From contig JBHGNT010000002.1 in the NCBI GenBank assembly GCA_043228905.1, forward strand, positions 22,196,001 through 22,260,000: a stretch of DNA of 64,000 nucleotides, in the 5' to 3' direction. Both the position numbers and the translations under genes were made by a program. Shown here piece after piece: positions 32,433 through 45,467 of this stretch (its first letter is position 1; every line of letters starts with the position of its first letter). The notes under the pieces were generated by a model, which worked only from the letters and a program-made list of their open reading frames with translations, did not search any database and had not been told where the DNA came from. Origin of the DNA: Azolla caroliniana (lineage: Eukaryota; Plantae; Polypodiophyta).

Positions 32433-35400
32433 GGCGAGGCGGTAACGAGAGCCTCAAGGGACACGGACATGGAGGTCGGGATGATGGTACGCTCAACGGC
32501 GAGAGAGCACGACGGGCAAAGGAGAAGCAAGGAACGCGGAACGGGGTCGCCTAAGGGCCAAAGAATGAGCGCATATTCGAGGGCCAACATAGGCGCACGG
32601 GACGAGCCTACGGAAGGCAAGCGCGGAGCAGGAAGAGTCGACACACCGAGGTGTTCGGCATGCGGAGACGATAAAATCAAAGGAGCGGCACGCAAAGGGC
32701 GGAAACCGAAGTGCGATCGGAGAGATCTGGAGCGCATCCGAAGGACATACGAGGCGGACCAAGAGGGTGTACCTCGGGGCGAAGCGGCACCATCATAGGT
32801 TGCGGAGGGCACTGAAGACGAGAGCACTGGCATGGATGTCGGAGAAGCAACGTACCTTTTCGAAAGGGTACGCAGAGCGGAGCGGAGTGCGAGACGTGCA
32901 ATGTGGCTGCATAAGGGCTGAGCTACAAGCACGAGGATGATCGACGACGAAGTTCGGCGCATGGCAATGCCGAGTCGAGGAAGCGAGACAAGCGTGGACG
33001 AGGAGCACACGATGCGATATTTGGCAAACAGTCGGGGAGAACGAGGATTCGGTCCAAGGTCGCGCACGGAAAACGGAGGAAGGCAAAGAGAGTTTTGCGA
33101 AGACCGGGACTGGTAGACCGGGCGGAGACAGTGGTTTGGCGAACTCCGTCGAGTATGGTGGGTCAGATGGAGCCGACGGTTCGAGAGCATACGACGGATA
33201 TGGCGGACCGGGAGGCTATGGTGGTCCATGTGGGACAGATGGGCTTGCTCGAAGTGGAAGACGAAGCCGGGCAAAGCTGACAAAGACGCTAAGGACTCGG
33301 TTGACCGCCATGGCCGAAGATCTCACCTATTTCCCCTTCTTGGCACATACTAGTGGATGTGCCATTTGGTGGGGGCGGATGTCGTGAAGATTTTCGTCCA
33401 TAGGCGGAAACCGGGGTGGAAAGGGCAAGTCGGTGGTGTGCAACATGTGCACACGTATACTAGGAAATGGTGTATAGAAATAAGAGGGGAAATTTCATCC
33501 CACATTGTAAGGTCCCTCCCTCCTTGGGCCATAAAAGGAAGGGAGGGGTCACTTATGAAGGGTTGCCTATTTTGCGTATGAGAGGTATACCACTTAGTCT
33601 AGAGTTCTTACCGTTTTAGGGTTAGGATTTCGTTTAGAGTTTCCTTATTCATCTTCGGTTAGGGTTTTCTCATAGTCATTTGGTGCGGCCCATGTGGCCA
33701 CCATTGTTGTAACCATTCGTTGTTTTAATATAACTTGTTGAACATCTTGCCTCCGCCGATCTCTCCTTCTATGTCGTGGTCTTATTCTTTCCTCTTCTCC
33801 TCTTGAGGTAAGCCTCCATATCATGTCCTATTCTTTCTCCTCTACTCCCTAGTCCGAGACCCCGGTGGTCTCGCCCCTTCTACACGCACGCGCGTAACAA
33901 CACGACAATGGCTCGCCCTACTCGAACGTGGACCGACTGGTATCTACATCAGCCGACATGTTTGAGTTTGTAAAACCTTCTAACATCGGGTTACCTGAAC
34001 CAAATCGAAGACACATGCTTGAGGTGCCTTTTAGGTACCGAAGTATCCACTTGTCTGCAGTCCAATGCTCTTTTCCGAGGTTGCTCATGTATTGACTGAC
34101 GACTCTGATAACATATCCAATGTTCGGTCTGGTACATACCATCGCGTACATGAGGCTTCCGACTACTGAGGCATATGGTACCTTCATCATCTCAACTTTC
34201 TCCATCTTATTCTTCAGACATTGTGTCGACGATAGCTTGCTATCTGTCGGGAGTGACAAACCGACCGGTCTCGCGCTTTCCATGCGAATCTTTGGAGCAC
34301 CTTTGTCATGTATTTTTCCTGTGACAGACATAACATCTTCTTTGTCCAATCCCAGACATGTCCATCCCCAAGATTTGCTCAAGGCCTTCTTCAACATTGG
34401 AATCTTCACTTGGTCTTGTCCAACAATAAACATATCATCCACATATAGTAGGAGAATAAGACAATCTCCTCCATCAAACTTCTTCACAAACTCACAGTGG
34501 TCGGCCTGTGTTTTGTGGTACCCTTGATTGGCTAAGAAGGATTTGAACTTCCGGTGCCATTGTCGGGGAGCCTACTTTAGTTCATAAAGGCTCTTTCTTA
34601 ACCAACACACCAAGTTCTCCTTGCCCTTCTCGACAAATCCTTCCGGTTGTTGTATATAAATTTCTTCATCTAAATCCCATGCAAGAATGTTGTCTTGACG
34701 TCCATATGTTCGACTTCTAGATCCATGTTGGCTGCTATGCGCAACACTATTCGGATCGAGGTCATCTTTACTACCGGAGCAAAGATCTCGTTGAAATCCA
34801 CTCCTTTCTTCTGTTGGAAGCCCTTCACCACAATGCATGCTTTGTACCTCGGTGGATTTCCAGTGTCTCTCGGTTTCAACTTGTACACCCACTTGTTCCG
34901 GAATGCCCTCTTTCCTTTCGGCAGCTCTGTCAATTCATATTTGTGGTTCTCATGTAGGGAATCCATCTCATCCTGCATGGCGCTTAACCACTTGCAGTTG
35001 TGGGTGTCCCTCTTCGCTCTCCGGCTCCCCCTCGTCGGTCAGCAATATTGCTCTTCATCCGGAAATCTCGTGGGGGAGGGGGGGCCTTCTCTCTCTAAGA
35101 GGATATCTTCTTTCCTCAGCCGACATTGTCGGCTCCTCTTCGACTTCTTCAGTTAGTTCTTCATTTGAGTCGGAGTTGGCTCTATGTTCGGTGGATTGCC
35201 TTATTTCCTGTTCGACAATCGGCTCGACTCTGACTGTCAACCCGAGATCAATCGACTCTCCATGTTCTTTAGTCGGATGTCGACTTTGGACTATTCAGGA
35301 GAGTGTGTTCTTCTCCAATTCCCAGTTGACAATAGGCTTCCCCTCCATGAAGACTATGTCCTGGCTCCGAACGACCTTCTTGTTGACTAAGTCCCATAGT

Positions 35401-36919
35401 TGGTAGCCGAATCCGTCATCCCCGTAGCCGAGGAATATGCATGGCCGAGATTTTGGATCTAATTTTCTCCTTTAATCCTTCGCCACATGCATGTAGGCAA
35501 GACAGTCGAACACCTTCCAGTGTCAGTATGACACGTCTTTGCTGGTCCACACCCTTTGTGGTACGTCTCCGTCCAACGGTGCTGAGGGTGATCTGTTAAT
35601 CACGTACACTGGTGTTATCAGTGCCTCAACCCAAAACATCTTGGACAACATAGCATATGCTAGCATACTTCAGACCCTCTCCATAATGGTCTGGTTCATC
35701 CTCTCGGCCAGAGTCCGTTCAGCTCTAGCATGTTCGGCACAGTGTATTTGAGCCTGATTCCCTTCAATCGGCAGTACTCCTCGAACTGCCCTCGATATTC
35801 ACCTCCGTTGTCCACTCGAATTGTTTTCAGCTTTCAGCCGATTTCTCTTTCTACTCTCGCATGAAACTCCTTGAAGACGGACAATACTTGGTCATTCGTC
35901 TTTAGCATGGAGATCCACAGCTTCCGGTGTTGTGGCGTGGCTTGCCTAGAAGCGTAGCGTTGTGTAGACAAAAGATATCGTGAAAGTGAGGAAGGAATCA
36001 CTGGGATTATGGACGAAAGAGACGAAAGAGTAGAGATAGAGTAAATAGAGATCAACAAGATATGACAAGATAGGATATTGAATGATATTTAAAGGAATAA
36101 AAGAGATTTATAATTATTTGATGAAAGAGTTACAAAAGTGGTTGTAAGCGTCGTTGATCCTTTGAACTTGGTCTCACAAGATAATCGCTCTTCTCTTTCT
36201 TGATAGTAGATCACTATCTTCCTTTCTATCTTTCGATGAGGATAAAACTCGAACCTCCGGCTTTTCGTTGCGAGTTGAGCACCGCCGCCGCCAAGCTAGT
36301 TCTTCTCTTGTCTTTTGAAGATTGAATATAGCTTTTACCTTCTCTCCCTCTTTCTCTATTATGATATCCATTACAATATAATTTCGCTCAATTCTATACA
36401 ATAATTCTATTCAATATGATTGATTGATTCCTTGATATCCCTTGTGACCATACTCCCTTCTCCTTTTATAGGGAAGATATTAGAGACATGTACTAAAGTA
36501 AGCATTAGATAAGGATATATCTAGGTAGATAGAAAGAAAGGAGAGAGAGAAAGAAGGGTGTCGATCCACCCGACCACCCCAGAGCGAAGGGATTGAGACG
36601 GACTCGAGCCTCAATCGGCGTCCCAAATCACCGTCGTGGCGTCGAGTTGTACCTGGTGTTGGTGCGCTCGCTAGAAGAGTTGACCCACCACAAGACAGAG
36701 TCTCGACGTAGTCAACAAGTTGATGAAATGAGGGTAGCTAGGCCTCTATTTATAGCGAGACCCAAGGCCCCCAGCCATGTTCACACTTGGCCTAATGGGT
36801 TGTCTCAATCCCGAGGATTTAAAAGTAATCCTCCCCTTCTTTACACTCTCGTTTAACCCTCACACTTATCCACGTGTATAGAATACTACGGTAAATTCTC
36901 ACCACGGGATATTATATGG

Positions 36920-37570
36920 TCATGCCCGTAACATACTCCCCCTCTTTAAAACATTGCACTCTTGCAATGGAAAGTTAGGGAAGTTAGTTCTAAGAGTATT
37001 TTTGCATTCCCATGTGGCATCTTTTATTGATTTATCCATCCATTTTATTTTAAATTCTCGGATTTCTTTAGTACGTAATTTTTTTGTTTTAACATCAAGA
37101 ATTCTTTCTGGTACATGTGGTTTAGAAGATAATTCTTCAGAAGTAACCAGAGTTTCAGTTGTAACTGTATTGTTGCTAGAACCTAGAAGTTCTTTTAGAC
37201 GACTCACATGAAAGACTGGATGAATTCCAACACCATCGGGAAGAGCGAGACGATAGGCTGATGACCCAATGCGTTTGAGGATTGTAAAAGGTCCACAAAA
37301 CCGTGGGGCTAACTTAGCGCACTTACCCGTAGACAATGTCTTAGAATTGTGAGGTACACGTAAAAATACCTTCTGTCCAGGGTTGAATACACGAGGTTGC
37401 CTATGATGATCGGCATAAAAACGAGCTCTATCTTGAGCTGTTTTTATATTATCTCGTGCAATATGCAACATATCTTGCATATCCTGAAGAAAGTTTTGCG
37501 TACTTCGCAACTCATCATGATGTATATTAACATCAATCGAGGCTCGTGGCTGAAAACCATACATCAACAT
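36920..37570 (-). pseudogene. Integrase C-terminus with GPF motif and chromodomain-like tail
   Basis: KLAPRFCGPF, HPVFHVSRLK and PERILD...FKIKW...DATWE. Confidence 0.85.
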
Positions 37571-38892
37571 AAAAGGACTATATCCGCCAACGTATGCTTG
37601 GAGCTATTATAAGCAAACTCCAAAATTGGGAGATAACGTTCCCATTTTGTTGGTTTTATACCAACATATGCTCGAAGCATGTCCTCAATAATTTTATTTA
37701 CTCGTTCTGTTTGTCCATCGGATTGAGGAGGATCCGTGGAGCTCATGCTCAACGTAGTTTCTAACTTCTTAAAGACTTGCGTCCAGAAGTCACTAGTAAA
37801 TTTTGGATCTCGATCCTCACGATATCCATCGGTAACCCATAAAAACGAAATAACTCGTCCACGAATTGGTAAGCCAATTCAGGAGTTGTTACCATGGTTT
37901 TAGTAGCAATAAATCTGGCCATTTTAGTTAGTCGATCAACCACAACCCAGATGGCATCATGGCCTTTTTGGGTGCGAGGAAGGCTAAAAATAAAATCCAT
38001 GGATATACTTTCCCACTTATTATTGGGAATGTCCAAGGGATGTAAAAGTCCTGCAGCTTTAAGTCGCTCGGCTTTGTTAACCTGATATTGGTGACATTTA
38101 GTCACATAACTATGTATGTCAGGACGCATCTTAGGCCAATAAAATTGAGTGGAGATGAGAACGAGTGTACGATGTATTCCAGGGTGCCCTGTTGAGGGTG
38201 CATCATGGCATTCAAAAAGAATCCTCTTTTTGACCTCGGGTAAATCTGGAACACAAACCTTCCCATTACGGTAGAGCAGACCGTTAGCAATGTGGAAGTA
38301 TTCCTTCGAGGATGTGGTGGTGTCTGTTCCAGACTCAACTCTAGCCCAGTATTTTGCGAAATAACTGTCATCAGGATACTTTCCTCAAAGGTGATCATAA
38401 AGATTTGATGATATTTCAGTGAAGTTAAGCGTGTTAACTTCATGGATGTGACTTAGTGCATCAGTGACAGTATTCATGGAACCTTTACGATATCGTATGG
38501 AAAAATCAAAGTCCTAGATGAGATCAGCCCATCATGCCTTACGACCTTTCAGGTCTTATTGTTCACAAAATTATTTCAAGGACTCGTGATCCGTAGTTAC
38601 CACAAAGGGATTTCCATAAAGATAATGGCGCCATGTTTTGAGCACATGTATAACTGCAAATAATTCCTTTTCTTGAACGGTATACCGACATTGAGCAGAA
38701 TCAAGTTTCTTACTCTCGAATGCTATTGGTTTACCATCTTGATATAAGACAGCACCTATAGCATAATCGCTTGCATCAGTTTCAACCTCAAAAGGTTTCG
38801 AAGGATCAGGTAAAAGAAGTGAAGGAGGAGCCTTGCATACCAGGTCCTTGAGTTCCTTAAAGGCAAGGTCTATTGTAGCATTCCACACAATA

Positions 38893-41427
38893 GGTTTTGT
38901 AGACTTATGCGTTTGACCTTTTAGAAGATCAATAAACGGCGTCGTCAATTGGGAGTAATTACGAAGAGATTTTCGCAAAAACCCGACAAAACCAAGGAAT
39001 GATCGAACTCCTCGAATATTCCGAAGAGTGGGCCAAAGCTTGATTTTCTCGATGCGAGAAGGATCAATTTCAACTCCTCGTTCAGTTATGAGATGTCCAA
39101 GATAAGTAATTGATTTCTTGAAGAACTCACATTTTGAGATCTTCGCGTAAAACTGTTTGTCACGCAATGTTTGTAAAACAAAGCGGACATGTTTAGGATG
39201 TTCTTGTAATGTAAGGCTATAAACTAAAATATCATCCAAGAAAATAACGACAAATTTTCCAAGTTGTTCTCAGAAAATGTCATTCATTTCTTGTTGAAAT
39301 GTAGTCGGAGCATTGGTCAAACCAAAAGGCATAACCAGAAACTCATAATGGCCATAGCGTGTACGAAATGCCGTTTTAGGAACATCGTCCTCACTTATAC
39401 GAATTTGATGGTAGCCAGTACGGAGATCAAGTTTCGTAAAATACCGAGCTCCCTGAAGACGATCAATTAGATCGTCAGCCCGGGGCAATGGATATGAATT
39501 CTTGATCGTCACTTTATTCAAGCGTCGGTAATTAATACACATACGCCATGTGCCCTCTTTCTTTTTAACCAAGAGAACTGGTGCCGCCCATGGAAATTTG
39601 TTATAACGTATATAACCCATTTGTAAATAGTCCTTGAGTTGCTTAGCTACCTCATCCTCTTCAGAACGACTTAAGCGATAAGGAGGTATACTTATTGGTG
39701 CAACCCCAGGTACAATATCTATACGATGGTCTATATTACGTTTAGGAGGTAAGCCATCTGGTAGTTCACTCGGAAAAACATCATGAAAATCATTTAAGAT
39801 TTCATCAACTTGTTGTTGTTCAAAATATGTTAATTGAACCGAGACATTATCGATATTGTAAACGTGAATGTCCGGATCAAGTACACAATAAAATAGAGTA
39901 GAACAAGACAACTCAGATATTGATGGACACGAGGAAACAATCGAGAGGGATTGTTTTTTTACACATTGAATAAAATGAGTACAGTCGTTCAGTACAAATG
40001 TAATCGAATGATGAACCCAATCAATAGATAAAGAAGAGATTTTATTATAGAACCAGGGATAACCCAGTATTACATCAGTGGTACAAAGATTCATTACATG
40101 GAAGTCTACCTCCTCTAACCCTAACCCTAACCCTAACCCTAATTTTCCAGCAAAAAGAAATCCTCGATCATTGAACCACCGGAACCTCCTCCCGCAATAC
40201 GGTTTTGTAGACTTACGCGTTTGACCTTTTAAAAGATCAGTAAACGGCGTCGTCAATTGGGAGTAATTACAAAGAGACTTTTGCAAAAACCCGACAAAAC
40301 CAAGGAATGATCGAACTTCTCGAATATTTCGAAGAGTGGGCCAAAGCTTGATTTTCTCAATGCGAGAAGGATCAATTTCAACTCCTGTTCGGTTATGAGA
40401 TGTCCAAGATAAGTAATTGATTTCTTGAAGAACTCACATTTTGAGATATTCGCATAAAACTGTTTGTCACGCAATGTTTGTAAAACAAAGCGGACATGTT
40501 TAGCATGTTCTTGTAATGTACAACTATAAACTAAAATATCATTCAAGAAAATAACGACAAATTTTCCAAGTTGTTCTCGGAAAATGTCATTCATTTCTTG
40601 TTGAAATGTAGCCGGAGCATTGGTCAAACCAAAAGGCATAACCAAAAACTCGTAATGGCCATAGCGCGTACGAAATGTCGTTTTAGGAACATCGTCCTCA
40701 CTTATTCGTATTTGATGGTAGCCAGTACGGAGATCAAGTTTCGTAAAATACCGAGCTCCCTGGAGACGGTCAATTAGATCATCAGCCCGGGGCAATGGGT
40801 ACGAATTCTTGATCGTCACTTTATTCAAGCGTCCGTAATTAATACACATACGCCATGTGCCCTCTTTCTTTTTTACCAAGAGAACTGGTGCACCCCATGG
40901 AGATTTACTATAACGTATATAACCCATTCGTAAATAGTCCTTGAGTTGCTTAGATACCTCATCTTCTTCGGATCGACTGAAGCGATACGGAGGTATACTT
41001 ATTGGTGCAACAACAGGTACAATATCTATACGATGGTCTATATTACGTTTAGGAGGTAACCCATCAGGTAGTTCACTTGGAAAAACATCATGAAAATCAT
41101 TTAAGATTTCATCAAGTTGTTGTTGTTGTTCAAAATATGTTAATTGAACCGAGACATTATCGATATTATAAACGTGAATGTCTGGATCAAGTACACAATA
41201 AAATAACGTAGAACAAGACAACTCAGATATTGATGGACACTAGGAAACAATCGAGAGGGATTGTTTTTTTACACATTGAATAAAATGAGTACAATCGTTC
41301 AGTACAAACGTAATTGAAGGATGAACCCAATCTATAGATAAAGAAGAGTTTTTATTATAAAACCAGGGATAACCCAGTATTACATCAGTGGTACAAAGAT
41401 TCATTACATGGAAGTCTACTTCCTCTA
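38893..41427 (-). repeat. Direct duplication of about 1.23 kb of pol (38893-40117 and 40201-41427) with 83-bp filler
   Basis: Two near-identical PR-end/RT segments. The filler at 40118-40200 contains (CCCTAA)4. Confidence 0.9.
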
Positions 41428-43837
41428 TATAAGTATCAATAGAAATTCCTAATGAATGAATCGCCCCGTTGATGTATTGTACTCTTCCATCAGCCAAGTG
41501 CACCATGTAGGTGTGATCACTTACGGTGGGTTGGATTCCCCATATCTGAACCAAACGATCATTCACAAAATTGTGTGAGCTTCCCGAATCAAATAAAAAT
41601 TGTACGAGAGATCCATTGATATACCCGTTTGCACGTAGTAAATCATTGGGACCCAATACATAGTGAGGGAAAGAACATTGACAATTACTTAAATGATGTG
41701 TATAGACCTGAAGGACATTAGGAATCTGACCTTTATGGTCTGCAGTTTTAGCTTTGTTGTCGTGCTCTTTCCGTTGGAGCTTTCGACATTGCTCTTTTGT
41801 ATGACCCTTCTTTTTGCAGAATACGCAAAAAGGATGTTGTCGCTTACAATTGCGATCCATGAATTCGTTGGGTGTCTTGCATTTCCCAGCGAATTGCGAC
41901 TGCTTAGTCCCGGGCGCTTCGTTGGGTTTATTGTGATCCTTCTTCGAAGTGCGTTGATAGCGAAGAACTATTTCAACGGCCTCTTCGAAAGATTTTGGAT
42001 CCTTATCGTGCACTATCCAGTGATAGTCCGAATTGGGGATGCCATTGACAAAACAAGCTATTAATCAGTTGTCCCCTTCAAGTCCCGATTTTTGGATTTG
42101 GGTTCTAGCATGGTGGACATAGTCTTCTAGCGAGGAAAATTTCCGACTAGAGAGGTTCATTAAAGCTTGTGCTGCCTTGGTTCGAGAGGGAGGTTGTAGA
42201 AATTGGCCCTTGAAAACTGTGACAAAATCTGTCCAGGTATCGGGCAATTTCCCCAAAGTACGGAGCCCACGCCACTAGGCGGCGGCCTTACCCCCTAGTT
42301 CTCAGCCGACATATGCAATCTTCGTACTATCTGGTGTGGGATAGAGCTCAAAATGAAACTCCCATTGGCCCAGTCACGTGCAGATTGCTTCTTCGGTTCT
42401 TTCCTTTTTGTCTCCCGTAAATGCCGTAACGACAAACGATGGTTCACCCTGTCGCTCATCAGGTCTATTAGTCTCACGTTGTAGACTAATGACACGTGCC
42501 TCGAGAGCACTTTGAGATTGCCGAAGTTCGGTCATCTATTGAGCGGTGAAACTAAGGTATTGGGTTATTTGCGAAAAATACATCTCAATGGACATTTTTC
42601 CAGGAGGATTCCCTTGAGTTCCTTCCGCTTGAGCGGATGACATCGGGTCGTTATTTTGAGCCATTAAATGATTATTTCTGGAAAAGAAATAGGATAAGGT
42701 CAGAGAGATAGTCATAACATCATGTCGTGATGTAAACCTATCATGGGCGAGCGTTAATCGATATCATTATCTCACGTCAATACCCCTCTAGACATATGAG
42801 ATGAGGTTCAAGATCAAGTTACACGGTAACACAAAGGTGTTTTAAAAACCATGGGGGTGACAAATAAATGTCTTTCCCTGATCTCTATATCGATTTTTTC
42901 ATGGTAGCTCCCCGAGGCTCAACCATGTATGTTCGTGTCATGAATAGTTTATACACGAAAAAAATGATAACAATAAACTAGTTTCAGTGCCCACATATGT
43001 GGTTTCGGCTCTTTAAGTCCTATTACGAGGACCCCGAAGTGCACTTAGACCTCAAGTCTAAACATGTGTTATAGTCATATGTATCAAGGATATTGTATGG
43101 TCTTGGTCATATTTGAAGTCGAAACCTCAAGAACAAATGCATTAAACACTTGAGCCAACCAAGTAGGTTGCTCTTCTTGAATGTTTAATGTTTCATGCGT
43201 ATAAGAGATACGCGAGGCATTTGCCCATATATGTTTTTTTAAAAGAAACATATATGTCAAGAGTCCTTATTTCGCCCTCATTTACTACAACTATGTTGGT
43301 ACGTTACCTAACCTCAAGTCTCATAATTACGATGGCATACGCCAAAGTGCAACCTAATGGTCAAGCCAAATGAGCCCTCTTTTCGTAGTAGGCCCACGTG
43401 GCCCATCACATGGTCACATCATTACGAATGCCTCTCGTAAGAATGATCTCATGGTGGCATCGTATCCATGTAATGAGGGAGGGATGTTGGATACGTGTGT
43501 CATAGGAGTGACCTCACATGAAGTAGGTCAAGCCCTACGTACTCAAAATCATTATGGCTATAGCATTTCTTTACATAATGAAATATCGAAGTCACCAACG
43601 AGGATTTCAACCATAAAAAATTGTTGAAAAAAGGGATGGTGACAACATGATTCTCACAAAAATGTGAGGGTAGCCACCAAGAACCTTTCCCCGAAAAGGA
43701 AAACATTCGATTTAAAATCACGTAATAACTTATATACACATATGTATATTATCACATATATACGATCAACTACGTATACATGTGACCACATATGCCTATA
43801 TTAAAGAAATCGTTATATTTAATAGCCAAAAATGATG

Positions 43838-44105
43838 TAATTGAGATACGTAATCGAGCCATATACCTCTACGCACACGAGACATCCAAAAATAAGGGTT
43901 CAACGTAATACGTAATTGAGGTATTGACCTCTTACGCATACGAGACCAAACACATATCATTTACAACAAAATTGAGGTGTTGACCTCATACGCAAACGTA
44001 ACATATGTTCGTGAACATAATACGTAATTGAGGTATTAACCTCGTACGCATACGACACTCATCACATATTATTTATATGTCAAACGAGGTATTGACCTCG
44101 TGCAC
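43838..44105. repeat. Degenerate tandem repeat (about 5 copies) in the chromovirus 5' leader
   Basis: Recurring GTAATTGAGGTATTGACCTCNTACGCATACGA with the internal inverted repeat GAGG..CCTC. Confidence 0.7.
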
Positions 44106-44939
44106 ATATGTAAGCATTTTAGATAACCAGTTAAATACCACTACAACATCATTTGATTAATGAAAATAATCTACATATTAACCATACACATGATTAGATA
44201 GGAGAAGAAAAAATAGACAAAAAATAACAAGAAAGATTACCGAAGTTCCTTGTTGATCCTTATTTGCATGAAGGCCAACCGCACAACGATCGATCGCCAT
44301 CCATCGAGAAGATAAGACCAACAAAAGAAACATTAGTATAATGGCTCAGATACCAAATATTAGAGACATGTACTAAAGTATGCATTAGATAAGGATAGAT
44401 CTAGGTAGATAGAAAGAAAGGAGAGAGAGAAAGAAGGGTGTCGATCCACCCGACCACCCCCGAGCGAAGGGATCGAGAAGGACTCGAGCCTCGATCGGCG
44501 TACCGTCGTGGCGTTGAGTCGTACCTGGTGTTGGCGCGCTCACTACAAGAGTTGACCCACCACAAGACAGAGTCTCGACGTAGTCAACAAGATGTTGAAA
44601 TGAGGGTAGCTAGGCCTCTATTTATAGCGAGACCCAAGGCCCCCAACCATGTTCACACTTGGCCTAATGGGTTGTCTCAATCCCGAGGATTTAAAAGTAA
44701 TCCTCCCCTTCTTTACACTCTCGTTTAACCCTCACACTTATCCACGTGTATAGAATACTATGGTAAATTCTCACCACGGGATATTATATGGTCATTCCCG
44801 TAACAGAAGAGATGGTTCTACATGTGGGCCATGTGGCGCACATGCAGAGAGGCTCTTGCATGTGTGCTATATGGTGTAGATGTAGTACATTTCATGGTTT
44901 AAACCATACAATAGTACAACACATGTATAAAACATCACA

Positions 44940-45180
44940 AGTATAGGCTAAATGGTAAGATTTGAATGCCATAAGGTTGGGGTTGTTGGTTCAAGTCCTC
45001 TTTTGCCCATGTGATATGCTATATGGTGTGCATGTAGTATATTACATGGTTTAGACTATAAAATATTACTTCAAATAAAATAATGCATATGATCTCTTGC
45101 AAATTATTAGTATAGGCTAAATGGTAAGGTTTGAGTGTCATAAGGCGGGATTTATTGGCTCAAGTCCTCTCTCGTCCACG
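44940..45180 (+). promoter_or_regulatory. Two tRNA-like (A-box/B-box) cassettes inside the solo LTR U3
   Basis: TAGGCTAAATGGTAAG...CATAA...GGTTCAAGTCC at 44944-44998, and again with GGCTCAAGTCC at 45113-45167. Confidence 0.55.
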
Positions 45181-45467
45181 TAATATAACATATATATTTA
45201 TTTATTTACCTCTACATATAATGTATAATATTATCATAGTGTGTGTTGTTAATATTATCTTTATGTATAAAATATTATCAATGTTTATTTTATTTTAGTT
45301 ACGTATTTATCTTATTGTAGACTTTTAATGTGAAGCTTTCGTACTTCACGACACCAGCTATGGTTATCTATGAACGTCACGAAGTACTGTGATCCGGCAT
45401 GTAATTTCTTGTCCATGGTGCATACATCGGTATGCACGAGTTCAAGTGGTGCAGTCTTGTTGGTTGT

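Larger units (their letters stand above)
29922..33907 (+). mobile_element. Non-autonomous gag-only LTR element of the tRNA-Trp Gypsy group
   Basis: 528-bp LTRs at 29922-30449 and 33380-33907 with about 12 differences. TSD ATGG. Same TCTT+TGGTGAACCCGACGTGA PBS and GGTGGGGGCGGA PPT as 5439-13221. No RT or INT motifs. Confidence 0.92.
36478..44805 (-). mobile_element. Ty3/Gypsy chromovirus, degenerate, with duplicated pol segment
   Basis: LTRs at 36478-36933 and 44358-44805. TSD GAAGA. PBS TGGTATCTGAGCCA (tRNA-iMet-like). PPT GAGGGGGAG. Contains gag knuckle CVFCKKKGH, protease LFDSGS, RT MPFGL, RNase H TDAS, INT and a C-terminal chromo-like domain. Confidence 0.93.
35928..45353 (-). mobile_element. 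Solo LTR (about 1.1 kb) of the TGTCGTGAAG group, split by a chromovirus insertion
   Basis: Minus strand starts TGTCGTGAAG and ends CACAACA. 4-bp TSD CCGG/CCAG. The Copia integrase reads DNHS-RKLW on removal. TATA CCTATAAAAGG near 36462-36472. Confidence 0.82.

Noticed and set aside
31940-33283. 447-aa antisense ORF as a gene
   Set aside because: It is the S/P/L/R-rich mirror of a GC-rich, purine-biased strand where stops are rare, and it shows no domain motifs.
44940-45180. Functional tRNA genes
   Set aside because: Acceptor and anticodon stems do not pair convincingly, so they are reported only as tRNA-like cassettes.
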